Counted from the first letter of the stretch, positions 10,613 through 21,115 are shown. The stretch is 64,000 nucleotides of DNA from Dehalococcoidia bacterium (GCA_963662435.1 OY759598.1:2884507-2948506), one strand, 5' to 3'. Numbers and translations: made by a program. Notes: generated by a model not told the origin, from the letters alone.

Positions 10613-12253
10613 CTATCGCTGTTCGCCGAAGACGCTGCGGAAGACGTCGGCGATCTCTCCGACGGTTGCGTAGGCCTCGACGCATTCCAGGATAGCGGGC
10701 ACGGTGTTGTCGGTACCGACGGCGACGGCCCGGAGGCGCTGAAGGGAGGCGGCGGTTTCTGCCTCGTCGCGCTCGTGGCGGACTCGTTGGACGCGCTCGA
10801 TCTGCTTGCGGACGGCCTCGGGGTCGATGCGCTGGAACTGCTGGATGGGCGGGTCCTCCGTCGCGAACTGGTTTACGCCGACGACGATTCGGTCTTCTTC
10901 CTCGATCTCGCGCTGGAGCTTGAATGCGCTCTCGTGTATCTCATCGGTCTGGTAGCCGGACTCGAGCGCGGTCACGGCTCCTCCCTGACGGTCGATCTCG
11001 GCGATGTAGTCGAACGCGGCCTCTTCAAGGCTGTCGGTGAGGCTCTCGACGTAGTAGGAACCGGCGAGGGGGTCTACGGTGTCGGTGACGCCGCTCTCGT
11101 GGGCGAGAATCTGCTGGGTGCGCAGGGAAATCTGGGCGGACTCCTCGGTGGGGAGGCCTAGGGCCTCGTCGCGGGAGTTGACGTGGAGCGACTGGGTGCC
11201 TCCGAGCACGGCGGCAAGGGCCTGCACGGTGGTGCGGATGACGTTGTTGTCGGGCTGCTGGGCCGTGAGGGTGACACCGGCCGTCTGGGTGTGGAAACGG
11301 AGCCGCCAAGAGCGGGGGTCGCGGGCATGGAAGCGCTCGCGCATGATCTTGGCCCACATCCGGCGGGCTGCGCGGAACTTGGCGACCTCTTCGAGGAGGT
11401 TGTTCTGCGAGGCGAAGAAGAAGGAGAGGCGCGAGGCGAAGCCGTCGACCTCGAGACCTGAATCTATGGCGGCCTGGACGTAGGCGATGCCGTTGGCGAA
11501 GGTGAAAGCGAGCTCCTGGACGGCGGTGGCCCCGGCCTCGCGCATGTGGTAGCCGCTGATGCTGATGGTGTTCCAGCTTGGGACGTGCTCGGAGCAGTAT
11601 TTGAATACGTCGGTGACGAGGCGCATGGAGTGCCTGGGCGGGTAGATGTGGGTACCGCGGGCGATGTATTCCTTGAGGATGTCGTTCTGAAGGGTGCCGT
11701 TGAGCTGGGAGGGATCGACGCCCTGCTTCCTGCCAACAGCGATGTAGAGCGCCAGGAGGATGGAAGCGGTTGCGTTGATGGTCATCGAGGTGCTGACCTT
11801 GTCGAGGGGGATGCCCTCGAAGAGCACCTCCATGTCGGCGAGGCTGGAAATGGGGACGCCAGCGCGCCCGACCTCGCCCATGGCGAGCGGGTGGTCGGAG
11901 TCGTAGCCGGTCTGGGTGGGAAGGTCGAAGGCGACGCTGAGGCCGGTCTGCCCGTGTTCGAGGAGGTAGCGATAGCGGGCGTTGGACTCCTCCGGCGATG
12001 CGAAGCCGGAGTACTGCCGCATGGTCCAGACGCGCCCGCGGTACATGTTCGGCTGAACGCCGCGAGTGTAGGGGTACTCTCCGGGGTATCCGAGCGCGTC
12101 GGCGTAGTCGAAGCCCGTGAGGTCTTCGGGGGTGTAGACGGTGTCTACCTCGATGCCGGAGTCGGTCTCGAAGCGGTCGCGCCGTTCGCCGAACCGCTTC
12201 TTGACGGGCTCGAAGGTGCTTTCGTTCCATTGTTGTTTGCTGTTGGATGGCAT
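10613..12253 (-). CDS. methylmalonyl-CoA mutase, large (substrate-binding) subunit
   Basis: [18 protein letters not shown] (Tyr, MCM-type), [29 protein letters not shown]; no C-terminal B12-binding domain; ATG 12253. Confidence 0.93.
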   Translation of the reverse strand: MPSNSKQQWNESTFEPVKKRFGERRDRFETDSGIEVDTVYTPEDLTGFDYADALGYPGEYPYTRGVQPNMYRGRVWTMRQYSGFASPEESNARYRYLLEHGQTGLSVAFDLPTQTGYDSDHPLAMGEVGRAGVPISSLADMEVLFEGIPLDKVSTSMTINATASILLALYIAVGRKQGVDPSQLNGTLQNDILKEYIARGTHIYPPRHSMRLVTDVFKYCSEHVPSWNTISISGYHMREAGATAVQELAFTFANGIAYVQAAIDSGLEVDGFASRLSFFFASQNNLLEEVAKFRAARRMWAKIMRERFHARDPRSWRLRFHTQTAGVTLTAQQPDNNVIRTTVQALAAVLGGTQSLHVNSRDEALGLPTEESAQISLRTQQILAHESGVTDTVDPLAGSYYVESLTDSLEEAAFDYIAEIDRQGGAVTALESGYQTDEIHESAFKLQREIEEEDRIVVGVNQFATEDPPIQQFQRIDPEAVRKQIERVQRVRHERDEAETAASLQRLRAVAVGTDNTVPAILECVEAYATVGEIADVFRSVFGEQR

Positions 12254-12441
12254 GGGTGTGTAGTTTCCTTCAGGCTGCCTAGAATCCTTATGACTCGTGC
12301 GCTTTTGCCCTTCGACAGGCTCAGGGCGAACGGAGTCTGCCGGTAGGCCCATTCATGCTGAGTCTATCGAAGCATGTCGTAGCAGATCTGCAAAGGGTTT
12401 AAGCAGATTTTAGCAGGCGAGAACGTGATTCACTCGTCGCT

Positions 12442-12786
12442 TTATTCCGATACGCAGAACTCGTTGCCTTCGGGATCCTGCAACACGCTCCATGTGAAGC
12501 CATGCAGAGTGTGATCGGCAACCTTGGTGGCTCCTGCGGATACCAGGCGTTCGACCTCGGGTACGCGGTCGTCGGTCTCGAAGTCGACGTGGCACCTGTT
12601 CTTGGCGGTCTTTCCCTCGGGGACCTTGATGATGAAGATATGCTTGAGTCCGACGCCTTCAGGGATGAGGTGGGCGAACCACGCATTGGAGGACTTCGTC
12701 TCGTAGCCGGTCGCCTGGCTCCAGAAGTCGGCGAGGGCGGGGACGTTGTCTGCGTCGAAGACGATGCCTTTGGGTCGGAGGGTCAT
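12442..12786 (-). CDS. VOC/glyoxalase-like protein
   Basis: LADFWS...KTAKNRCHVDF...VLQDPEGNEFCV. Confidence 0.88.
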   Translation of the reverse strand: MTLRPKGIVFDADNVPALADFWSQATGYETKSSNAWFAHLIPEGVGLKHIFIIKVPEGKTAKNRCHVDFETDDRVPEVERLVSAGATKVADHTLHGFTWSVLQDPEGNEFCVSE

Positions 12787-12888
12787 TGCGGTGGTTCCTG
12801 AGTGTGGACTGATTATAGCGGGTTAGTCGTATAGATTCCCAAGGTAGGAGGCAATGACGTCGGGGTGGCGATGCAAAAGGGGATTCGC

Positions 12889-13401
12889 CTATTTCTGAAC
12901 AGCCAAAGAGCGACGGATATCCCATTCATGGTGGACAGCGTCGTGGACTGCCGGTTGCACAATGTCTGAAAGCGACTGCGGACCTCGCTCGGTGTGAATG
13001 AAGGTAGCTTCACGGCCGAATGAGGCCTCATACGCCTCGTACCACATATCAGCTGCATGAGCGAGTGACCAGAGCGCAGTATCGAGAGGTATGTACTCGT
13101 ACTTCCGAACTGAAGCAAGGTCGTCTTGATCGTAGCCCTCTATGTGCACCTGCCTGGCCCCTACTGCGCTCCACATGCGCTCTGCAAATATTCGGAGGTT
13201 ATCCCCAACATGAGACACGTAAGCCCCCACGGACCAGGTCAGGCTTGGATGCCGTACGGAGCCATCCTGACCTTCCAGGAGCTTGGCATATCGATCTGGT
13301 ACATCGGGTATGAGGGCTGCAGCGGCCTCTGTAGATATCGACCAATCAAACCCACATTCTCGACAGGGGTTCCCATAGACCTTGACTCCCCAAGTATTCA
13401 C
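12889..13401 (-). CDS. DinB-like (DinB_2) family protein
   Basis: WSVGAYVSHVGD and HDAVHHEWDI metal-binding His pattern. Confidence 0.75.
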   Translation of the reverse strand: MNTWGVKVYGNPCRECGFDWSISTEAAAALIPDVPDRYAKLLEGQDGSVRHPSLTWSVGAYVSHVGDNLRIFAERMWSAVGARQVHIEGYDQDDLASVRKYEYIPLDTALWSLAHAADMWYEAYEASFGREATFIHTERGPQSLSDIVQPAVHDAVHHEWDIRRSLAVQK

Positions 13402-13457
13402 TAACGCACCTCAAACGACATATCTTGTGGGAATGCGGAGTAATCGTAAATTGAAGC

Positions 13458-13664
13458 CTATGCTTCTTCGAGGGCGGTCGTGGTTTGCGGTTCCGGGATT
13501 GGGTCGCCATTCTCAAGGAGCAGTTCGAGGTGGTGGGAGACGGACTCTTGGACCAAGTCCTCGGTCCCTTCGAGGGTGTCGCCGGCTGCTATGCAGCCAG
13601 GAAGATCCGGTAGGTATGCCGAGTATCCGTTGGTGGATTCTTCTATGACTACGGCGTACTTCAA
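13458..13664 (-). CDS. HicB-like antitoxin (no adjacent HicA)
   Basis: KYAVVIEE...YSAYLPDLPGCIAAGDT...GDPIPEP; probable TTG start at 13664. Confidence 0.8.
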   Translation of the reverse strand: MKYAVVIEESTNGYSAYLPDLPGCIAAGDTLEGTEDLVQESVSHHLELLLENGDPIPEPQTTTALEEA

Positions 13665-13702
13665 GAGGAGTCTGCATTCGCAAGAGGGAAGAGTGAGATA
13701 AA

Positions 13703-13779
13703 TGGTCGGGGTGACTGGATTCGAACCAGCGACCCCCTGCACCCCATGCAGGTGCGCTACCAAGCTGCGCCACACCCCG
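13703..13779 (-). tRNA. tRNA-Pro (anticodon GGG)
   Basis: CGGGGTGTGGCGCAGCTTGGTAGCGCA-CCTGC-ATGGGGT-GCAGG-GGGTCGCTGGTTCGAATCCAGTCACCCCGACCA; cloverleaf with encoded CCA. Confidence 0.96.
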
Positions 13780-13814
13780 ACCTGTAGCTAGGTTAGCATA
13801 GGGGGTTAGGGCGT

Positions 13815-14798
13815 TCAAGCAGGCCAGTTTCTCATGCGTGTCCACAGGTCGTCGTCCATGGCGATGTCGCGGGCGACCAGGGCGTTGTCGATCTGCTCGG
13901 GGTTGCGCGCGCCAACGAGGATGGCCGTGACGGCGGGGTGGCGCATGGCCCACGCGAGGGCGAGGCGGACCATAGTCGTGCCGGAGCGTTCGGCCTGTTC
14001 GCGGAGGAGTTCTATGACCTGGAAGTTGCGGTCGGAGAAGTAGATGTCGGCGTGGGCGGGCACTATGTGGTAGCGGGAGCCCTCCGGGAACTGGGAGCGG
14101 TCGGGGGTGTACTTGCCGGTGAGGAAGCCGGCGCCGAGGGGGCTGTAGGAGGTCACGGCGATTTGCTCGCGCTCACATATGGGAAAGATGTCCTCGTCGG
14201 CGTCGGGGAGCGCGAGGCTGTACGGTGGCTGGATGACGTCGAAGCGGCTCAGGTTGTGCGCGGCGCTCGCTTCGAGGGCATCGCTAAGCTGGTCGGCGGA
14301 GAAGTTGCTGCATCCGATGGCGCGCGTACGACCTGCGGCGACCTCCTCGGTCATGGCGGCAAGGGTCTCAGCGATGGGCGTGTCGTCGGGATTGTGCAGC
14401 TTGTACATGTCGACGTTGTCGACGCCGAGCCGTTCGAGGCTGGAGGCGAGGGCCACACCGATGTTCTCAGGATCGTTGCCTGTTCCGACCTTGGTGCAAA
14501 GGGTGATCTCGTCGCGGCAGCCGCGGGCGCTCATCCAGCGTCCGATGATCTTCTCGGACGAGCTCATGTCGGTGGTCGCCTCGCGGACGTCGTCTGTGCC
14601 GTACATCCTCTTGCGTCCGGCGTGGGACTGGCCGCCGCCGTAGACCTCGCCGGTGTCGAAGAAGGTGATGCCGTGCTCTACGGCGTAGTCCATGACGCGC
14701 CATGAGGCGTCCTCGTCGATCTCGCGGCCCCAGTTGCCGGTGCCGAGTCCGAGGGGGCTGATGGTAACGTCGGAGCGTCCGAGTTTGCGGGGTTTCAC
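13815..14798 (-). CDS. aldo/keto reductase
   Basis: LGLGT, FFDTGEVYG, IGCSN, QPPYSL, YSPLGAGFLTGKY. Confidence 0.92.
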   Translation of the reverse strand: MKPRKLGRSDVTISPLGLGTGNWGREIDEDASWRVMDYAVEHGITFFDTGEVYGGGQSHAGRKRMYGTDDVREATTDMSSSEKIIGRWMSARGCRDEITLCTKVGTGNDPENIGVALASSLERLGVDNVDMYKLHNPDDTPIAETLAAMTEEVAAGRTRAIGCSNFSADQLSDALEASAAHNLSRFDVIQPPYSLALPDADEDIFPICEREQIAVTSYSPLGAGFLTGKYTPDRSQFPEGSRYHIVPAHADIYFSDRNFQVIELLREQAERSGTTMVRLALAWAMRHPAVTAILVGARNPEQIDNALVARDIAMDDDLWTRMRNWPA

Positions 14799-15547
14799 TG
14801 GGAGCTTCCTTTTATTCGCTGACTGTCCTTGTCGGGCATGAGCGCGGCGATCTTCTCGACGATCTCGTCGGTGGACTCCTGGATGGTGGCGGAGGTCGTG
14901 TCGAGGCGGGTTTTTCGTGTAAGCAGGGAGTCGGCGTATTCCTCCTCGTGGCGTTCGAGAACGCGCTCCACATCGGCGTCCTGCACGGCGCCCTGCAGGT
15001 GGGGGTTATCCTTCATACGTTGGCGAATGGCCTCGGGGGAGGCGGTGACGAGCACGAGGATGGTGTCAGGGGCGAGTTCGAGAATCTGCTCTTCGTAGTG
15101 GCGCATGGAGGGCCGGCGGTCGGCGTACTGGCCGCCCCCGCCGTAGCCGAAGTAGATGGGGCCGAGTATGCCTTCGTCGATGTGCGCTCCCACCATGATG
15201 TGGTCGTCCTGCGCGTAGAAGGACGGGTGCAGGTGGTACTGGAGGTGGTAGCGCTGTAGCATCTCCTTGAGCTTGGGGGAGAGCGCCATGATCTGGGCCT
15301 GCTCCTCGTGCGACAGGCCGGTGCGGCTGTAGTCGCCGTCCTTGGCGTCAGGGTAGCAGGCGACGACCGAGGCGACCTGGTCGGGCTCAGGCGGGGAAAA
15401 GTTGCTGACGTGGGGCAGCTTCCAGTGGTCGTGGTACTCGTTGGGGCCCCACCTGCCGCCCTCCATGTTGGCAGCACCCCATTCCCCGAAGGTCTGGGAC
15501 AGGGTCGTGGTGCCCGAATACTCGCAGCCGGCAATGATGAGGCGCAT
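14795..15547 (-). CDS. hypothetical protein with NMP-kinase-like P-loop fold
   Basis: MRLIIAGCEYSGTTT (Walker-A-like), LVLVTASPEAIRQR; ATG 15547. Confidence 0.6.
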   Translation of the reverse strand: MRLIIAGCEYSGTTTLSQTFGEWGAANMEGGRWGPNEYHDHWKLPHVSNFSPPEPDQVASVVACYPDAKDGDYSRTGLSHEEQAQIMALSPKLKEMLQRYHLQYHLHPSFYAQDDHIMVGAHIDEGILGPIYFGYGGGGQYADRRPSMRHYEEQILELAPDTILVLVTASPEAIRQRMKDNPHLQGAVQDADVERVLERHEEEYADSLLTRKTRLDTTSATIQESTDEIVEKIAALMPDKDSQRIKGSSQ

Positions 15548-15787
15548 GGATCTCTCCCTGTGGTGGCGTGTCGGCGGTATCTTATCATCGTAGAATGGGG
15601 AAGGTTTCACCGCGGAGGGCGCGGAGAACGCAGAGGGGGAGAATGGAGAGAGCTGCATGGAGGGGTTAATCATGCACGGGAAGGACTTTAGGTTCCTCTC
15701 TCCGCTCCGCTGCGCTCGGAGTGACAGGGGCCGGGGATATGTGCGACGGTATTGTTTCTTATGACTGACGACAGTATGGAGAAAGCT

Positions 15788-16927
15788 ATGGCACGGTATA
15801 GGGCGGGGGCGATTGGGAGGACTGGACGTGGCAACTGGGGTCACGGGCTGGATATGGCGTTCGTGGGAGTGCCTAGGGTGGAGTTTGTGGCGGTGGCGGA
15901 CGACGATCCGGAGGGGTTGCGTGAGGCGGGTGAGCGTACAGGGGCAGGGTCGTTGTATGGCGATTACCGCGAGATGCTGGAGCGGGAGCGACTCGACTTC
16001 GTTGCGGTGTGTCCTCGCTGGGTGGGGTGTCACGCGGAGATGGTAATTGCGGCGGCGGAAGCCGGAGTCAGGGGAATCTATTGCGAAAAGCCTCTCGCGG
16101 CTACGCTGGCGGAAGCGGACGCGATGCTGAAGGCGTGCGAGCGGTCAGGGACGCGGTTGGCGGTGGCGCATCGGCGGGCGAACCCGTATGAGCAGCGCGC
16201 CAAGGCGATGGTGGAAGAGGGGGCGATCGGGGAGCTGCAGTCGCTCCGGGCCATGGGGAAGTGCGACCACCGTTCCGGGGCCGAGGACCTTATGGTGCTG
16301 GGAACGCATATGATGGACAGCATGAGGTACGTGGCGGGCTCGGATGTCGTATGGGCGAACGGGCGTGTGACGCTGGACGGTCGAGACGTGACGGTGAACG
16401 ATGTCAGAGAGGGGCCCGAGGAGATCGGGTTGATCGCGGGCAACGCGGTGTATGCGACGTACGGCTTCGAGAACGGGGTTGCCGCCACGTTCGAGTCACA
16501 GCCTGTGGACATGCCGCCGGGAGGGAGCAGCAGCCTGTTCGGGTTCGAGGTGTATGGGACGCGAGGCATCATATCGGTGCGGAACTCGCCTTCCGGTAAC
16601 ATGCTCGTCTATCCTCACAGCCGATGGATTCCGGGGTCGAAGGACGAGTGGATGCCGGTCGTCATCGAGGAGTGGGAGAGGGAGCAGCAGGAGCGCGGGG
16701 TGTCATCGACGGCGTTGAGCAACAGGATCATCGTGAACGAGCTGATTCAGGCGGTGGAGGAGGACCGGGACGTGGTGTTCAGTTCAAGCGGGCGGGACGC
16801 GAGAGCGGCGTTGGAGATGATCATGGCGGTGCATGAGTCGCACCGGCTGGGGCGGAGGGTGTATTTCCCGATGGAGAACAGGGAGAACCCGTATGAGGTG
16901 TTGAGGGGGGAAGAGAGACGAAAGTAG
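15788..16927 (+). CDS. Gfo/Idh/MocA family oxidoreductase
   Basis: N-terminal Rossmann fold, YCEKP motif, GTHMMD. Confidence 0.9.
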   Translation: MARYRAGAIGRTGRGNWGHGLDMAFVGVPRVEFVAVADDDPEGLREAGERTGAGSLYGDYREMLERERLDFVAVCPRWVGCHAEMVIAAAEAGVRGIYCEKPLAATLAEADAMLKACERSGTRLAVAHRRANPYEQRAKAMVEEGAIGELQSLRAMGKCDHRSGAEDLMVLGTHMMDSMRYVAGSDVVWANGRVTLDGRDVTVNDVREGPEEIGLIAGNAVYATYGFENGVAATFESQPVDMPPGGSSSLFGFEVYGTRGIISVRNSPSGNMLVYPHSRWIPGSKDEWMPVVIEEWEREQQERGVSSTALSNRIIVNELIQAVEEDRDVVFSSSGRDARAALEMIMAVHESHRLGRRVYFPMENRENPYEVLRGEERRK

Positions 16928-16969
16928 GAAGTAGTGCGTAGGGTGCCGGTCTTGTTAAACCAGGATTCT

Positions 16970-17005
16970 AGATTCCTCACTTCGCTTCGCTGCGTTCGGA
17001 ATGAC
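16970..17005. repeat. REP-like palindrome family C (AGATTCCTC-N-CGCTCGGAATGAC)
   Basis: Related copies at ~10381-10406, 15690-15726 and 21010-21047; inverted-type copy at ~10253-10287. Confidence 0.75.
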
Positions 17006-17079
17006 AGGTGCTGAGGTCTTGGAAGGCGACAAGGTTTGGACGAGTCTACTGAGTCGAGAGCAACGTAGGAGTATGTATC

Positions 17080-17847
17080 GTGACGTATGAGTTTATCGTG
17101 TTGGAGAGGGATGGCGGGGTCGGGACGATCACCTTGAACCGGCCGAGGGTGCTGAACGCGTTGAACCGGGCGATGTACCGGGAGATCGACGCGGCGGTCA
17201 GTGAGTTGGAGGATGATGATTCGATTGCGGCGATCGTCGTTACGGGGTCGGGAGAGCGGGCGTTCTCGGCGGGGGCTGACATCAAGGAGATGGCGCGAAT
17301 CGCGGAGGAGACCGGCTCGCAGGACGGCGACCCGGACCGGGCGCGGCACATGTGGCACCTGGCGACGTGCACGAAGCCGACGATAGGGGCGATCAACGGG
17401 CTGGCATATGGCGGGGGCGCGGTGATCGCGGCGAGCATGGACATCCGCGTCGGGTCGGACAATGCGAGCTTCCGGTTCCTCGCGGCAGCGTACGGGCGGG
17501 TGAACTCGACGTGGAATCTGCCGATGCAGATCGGGTGGCCGAAGGCGAAGGAGCTGCTGTTCACGGGACGTGTGGTGAAGGCGCGCGAGGCTATGGAGAT
17601 CGGGCTGTTGAATCACCTAGTAGCGCCGGACCTGTTGATGCCAAAGGCAATGGAGATTGCGCGGGCGATAGCGGGGAACGATACACGCATCGTGAAGGGG
17701 ATCAAAGAGCTGTTGATCAAGGACGTGGGGGCGGCGTGGCACGAGATGCAGGCGAATGAGCTGGAGGCACAGGCGGACGCGCTAAAGCCGCCGCCGGTGC
17801 GCGAGGGGTTCGATGAGTTTCTGAGGCGGAAGGGTTCCGGAGGCTAG
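17080..17847 (+). CDS. enoyl-CoA hydratase/isomerase family protein
   Basis: ITLNRPRVLNAL, AFSAGADIKE, KPTIGAINGLAYGGG. Confidence 0.92.
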   Translation: MTYEFIVLERDGGVGTITLNRPRVLNALNRAMYREIDAAVSELEDDDSIAAIVVTGSGERAFSAGADIKEMARIAEETGSQDGDPDRARHMWHLATCTKPTIGAINGLAYGGGAVIAASMDIRVGSDNASFRFLAAAYGRVNSTWNLPMQIGWPKAKELLFTGRVVKAREAMEIGLLNHLVAPDLLMPKAMEIARAIAGNDTRIVKGIKELLIKDVGAAWHEMQANELEAQADALKPPPVREGFDEFLRRKGSGG

Positions 17848-18188
17848 TTGCTGGGTGCTGGGGGGGGTTGATGGGGGTGATGCATTTTGATGCATTTCCG
17901 CTGTGGGCGGCGAGTTGTGCGAATGGCCTTTTAGCGTCTTGGGAATTGTCCAGGGGGCACGCTTAATCTGACATTTCCTGACATGCTCTGACACTTAGCC
18001 TTGCCTGCGACATCGCTGTCGCGGGTGGTGCAGGGCCACAATAGATTACATGCTTTTGTTCGTCAAATGGTGGATGGGCAGGAACCCGAAATCTCACTCC
18101 ACGTCCTCTGTGGTGAATCGCTTCGCGTCGAGTGTGCGATAATGGAGCGGCGGTAGCCATTAGCCATCACAGACCCGGAGGCGACCCC

Positions 18189-18437
18189 ATGATTAGCGGT
18201 GTGAAAGCTACGTACTCCAAGGGTGCTATCGTACCCTTGAAGCCACTCGACATCGAGGAAGGCGCAGAACTGTTCGTAAGCGTCGAGGTCGAGTCGCAGA
18301 CAGCACGCGCCAGGCGCGGCCGTAAGGCGTTGCGGGCGACCGCCGGGCGCTGGAAGGGCACACATGATCCCGATGAACTCATACGGGATATCTACCAAGC
18401 CCGGCTGTCCGGCACAAGGCAGGAGCAAGAGCGCTAG
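18189..18437 (+). CDS. DUF104/AF2212-like antitoxin
   Basis: VKATYSKGAIVPLKPLDIEEG motif; directly upstream of a PIN toxin. Confidence 0.75.
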   Translation: MISGVKATYSKGAIVPLKPLDIEEGAELFVSVEVESQTARARRGRKALRATAGRWKGTHDPDELIRDIYQARLSGTRQEQER

Positions 18438-18443
18438 GCCCGA

Positions 18444-18836
18444 ATGCGCTATCTCGTCGATACCGACTGGGTAATTCACGCTCTTCACGGTAGCACCGCC
18501 GTGGTACAGCGCCTTGAAGAATTCACCAACGACGGCATAGGCATAAGCATCATTTCGACAGCCGAACTCTATCAAGGCGTGTTCTATTCTCTCCAGCCGC
18601 GAGCCAACGAAGCGCTCTTGCTAGAGTTCATAAGTGGATACGATATCATTCAGGTAGATGACGAAATCTGCCGTATATTTGCCCGGGAAAGAGGCAGGCT
18701 GAAAGCGGCGGGAACTCCCGTCAGTGATCTGGACCTGCTAATCGGCTGCACCGCGCTGCGGCACCGTCTCACTCTGCTGAGCAACAACCGTCGGCATTTC
18801 GAGCGGCTACAAGGCCTGAGCATCATATCGGCATGA
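18444..18836 (+). CDS. vapC: VapC PIN-domain toxin
   Basis: YLVDTD, AEL, DLLIGCTA, LLSNNRRHFERL. Confidence 0.9.
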   Translation: MRYLVDTDWVIHALHGSTAVVQRLEEFTNDGIGISIISTAELYQGVFYSLQPRANEALLLEFISGYDIIQVDDEICRIFARERGRLKAAGTPVSDLDLLIGCTALRHRLTLLSNNRRHFERLQGLSIISA

Positions 18837-19009
18837 CTCCATGAGAGCGGGTATGACGGGTGGGAGCGAGGAAGCTTGGCAGCCCGGAGTCTTGCCCTCA
18901 ACCCGGCCCTCTCCCGGGAACGGGAGAGGGGTTAAGCAGCAGGGCGACCGCGAGGGTCGCCCGTGCGATGGTTTGGACGGTGGTTGGTATGGTTTGAGGT
19001 TGTGGTTGA

Positions 19010-19360
19010 CTAGAGGGCGGTCTCGCCGTGTTCTCCTGTGCGGACGCGGATGACATCTGCGACGGGCGAAACGATTATCTTGCCGTCGCCGATGCGGCCT
19101 CCGTCGGGGCTCCTGGCGGCCTCGATGATGGCGTTGACGGCGGCGTCCTTGAGGGTGTCGGGGATGACGGTGACGACGAGGGTCTTGGACCCGGCTGCTC
19201 GGACCATGTGTCCGCCCCTGCCGGTGAAGACCTCGACTCCTCTCTGCTTCCCCTGTCCCGTTACGTTTATGTAGTGGAAGCCGCCGCATCCGGCCTCTTC
19301 CAAGGCGTCGGTTACCGCGTGGATTCTCTCGGGTCGGACGATTGCTTCTATCTTTAGCAT
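19010..19360 (-). CDS. glnK: P-II family nitrogen regulator
   Basis: KIEAIVRP, GRIGDGKIIVSPV..VIRVRTGE; downstream of amtB. Confidence 0.88.
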   Translation of the reverse strand: MLKIEAIVRPERIHAVTDALEEAGCGGFHYINVTGQGKQRGVEVFTGRGGHMVRAAGSKTLVVTVIPDTLKDAAVNAIIEAARSPDGGRIGDGKIIVSPVADVIRVRTGEHGETAL

Positions 19361-19524
19361 TGGAAATTCACCTCAGTTCTCAGGAGTGTTCGCTGCCGGG
19401 GAACCCTCACCCCCGTATCGAGTACGGGGCAGGCTCTAGCCCTCTCCCACGACGGGAGAGGGGATTGGATTGTCGCCCCTACGAGGGGTTGGCTATTTGC
19501 GTATGAATGGCGCATGGTCGAAGC

Positions 19525-20748
19525 CTAGTCGGCGCCGTCGCTGACAAACGCTCTCTCGCCGTGTGCGGAGAGGTCAAGGCCGATGTCCTCGTCTTCGTTG
19601 GATACCCTGATGCCAAGTCCCGGAATGAGGTCGAGGACCTTCAGGATGACCAGGGTGACGACGAAGGAGTAGACCATCGTCGCTATGACGGCGACGGCCT
19701 GGGTAACCATCTGTCCAGCGTTGCCGTCGATGAGTCCTGCCGTGCCGCCGATTGCTGCTACGGCGAATATGCCCGTGGCAATTGCGCCCCAGATGCCGCC
19801 GATTCCGTGTACGGCGAAGACCTCAAGGGCGTCGTCGATTTCGACCTTCGTTCGAAGGTAGACGGCTATGTAGCAGAGCAGTCCGGCACCGGCGCCTATA
19901 GCGAGAGCGCCGTATACGCCGACGTAGCCCGATGCGGGCGTGATGGCGACCAGGCCAGCGACCGCTCCGGACGCCACGCCGACGGCGCTCATTCGACCGG
20001 TCTGTATCTGGGAAATGACGCCCCACGTGAGGGCTGCCGCGGCGGCGGCGGTGTTGGTGACGAGGAAGGCGTTCACGTCCAGTCCGTCCGCCGCGAGGCC
20101 GGAGCCGGCGTTGAAGCCGAACCATCCGAACCAGAGCAGGGCTGCTCCGAGAATGACGTAGGGCACGTTGTGCGGCTCAGCGCCGGGGTCGCGTCGCTTT
20201 CCGATCAGCCACGCGGCCGCGACGGCAGCTACGCCGGCGTTGATGTGGACGACGGTGCCGCCCGCAAAATCGAGAGCGCCGTCGCCAAAGTCGCCAATCC
20301 AGCCGCCGCCCCAGACCCAGTGGGCCACGGGCGCGTAGACGATGGTGACCCAGATCACGAGGAAAATCAGGTAGGTCGTGAACTTGAAGCGCTCGACGAA
20401 TGCGCCGGTGATGAGCGCGGGCGTGATGATGGCGAACATCATTTGGAAGATGACGAACAGCAACGTGGGGATGCCGTTGTCCTCCAGATCATTGATGTCT
20501 ATGCCGGATAGGCCGAAGTAGCTCAGGTCGCCAATGAAGGCGCTCCCTTCGCCGAATGCGAGGCTGTAGCCCCAAAGTACCCAGACTATGCTCACGACTG
20601 CCATGGCCATGAAGCTGTACATGAGCGTGCTGATGACATTCCTGGCGCGGACGAGTCCCCCGTAGAAGAACGCTAGCCCAGGCGTCATGAGGAGCACCAG
20701 GGCAGAGGCCGTCAGCATCCAGGCGGTATGACCGGAATCCAATTCCAT
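19525..20748 (-). CDS. amtB: ammonium transporter
   Basis: LMTPGLAFFYGG, DFAGGTVVH, WFGWFGFNAGS, FAVHG. Confidence 0.96.
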   Translation of the reverse strand: MELDSGHTAWMLTASALVLLMTPGLAFFYGGLVRARNVISTLMYSFMAMAVVSIVWVLWGYSLAFGEGSAFIGDLSYFGLSGIDINDLEDNGIPTLLFVIFQMMFAIITPALITGAFVERFKFTTYLIFLVIWVTIVYAPVAHWVWGGGWIGDFGDGALDFAGGTVVHINAGVAAVAAAWLIGKRRDPGAEPHNVPYVILGAALLWFGWFGFNAGSGLAADGLDVNAFLVTNTAAAAAALTWGVISQIQTGRMSAVGVASGAVAGLVAITPASGYVGVYGALAIGAGAGLLCYIAVYLRTKVEIDDALEVFAVHGIGGIWGAIATGIFAVAAIGGTAGLIDGNAGQMVTQAVAVIATMVYSFVVTLVILKVLDLIPGLGIRVSNEDEDIGLDLSAHGERAFVSDGAD

Positions 20749-21115
20749 GTTTTCATCCCCCTGTTGGTTACGTGCGGTCGCGGGTGATCGCCGCGATTCC
20801 GCGAACTGGTAAGGGATGATAATGGGCAGTTGTTACAGATGTGTTTCCGATTTGGGGAAGAAAGTGGAAAGTATGGCGTATTTCGTAAGGCATAGGGGAT
20901 TTGCCACGGAGCGTGGGCGCGCGGAGTACAAAGAGGAGAGCATTGAGGGCTATGACTGGGGCGGGGATGGGTGGTAGTAAGGGGGCACTCTGTTGATGGC
21001 GAGGATCTTAGATTCCTCACTGCGCTACGCTTCGTATCGGAATGACAGGGGGTGAGTTTTGAGTTGGGAATGGTTTGCTGAGAGGTAAGGATGGCGTCCG
21101 ATAGGTTACCAAAGG

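Noticed and set aside
13665..13775. N-terminal extension of the HicB ORF
   Set aside because: It is largely the translation of the tRNA-Pro gene; the real start is near 13664.
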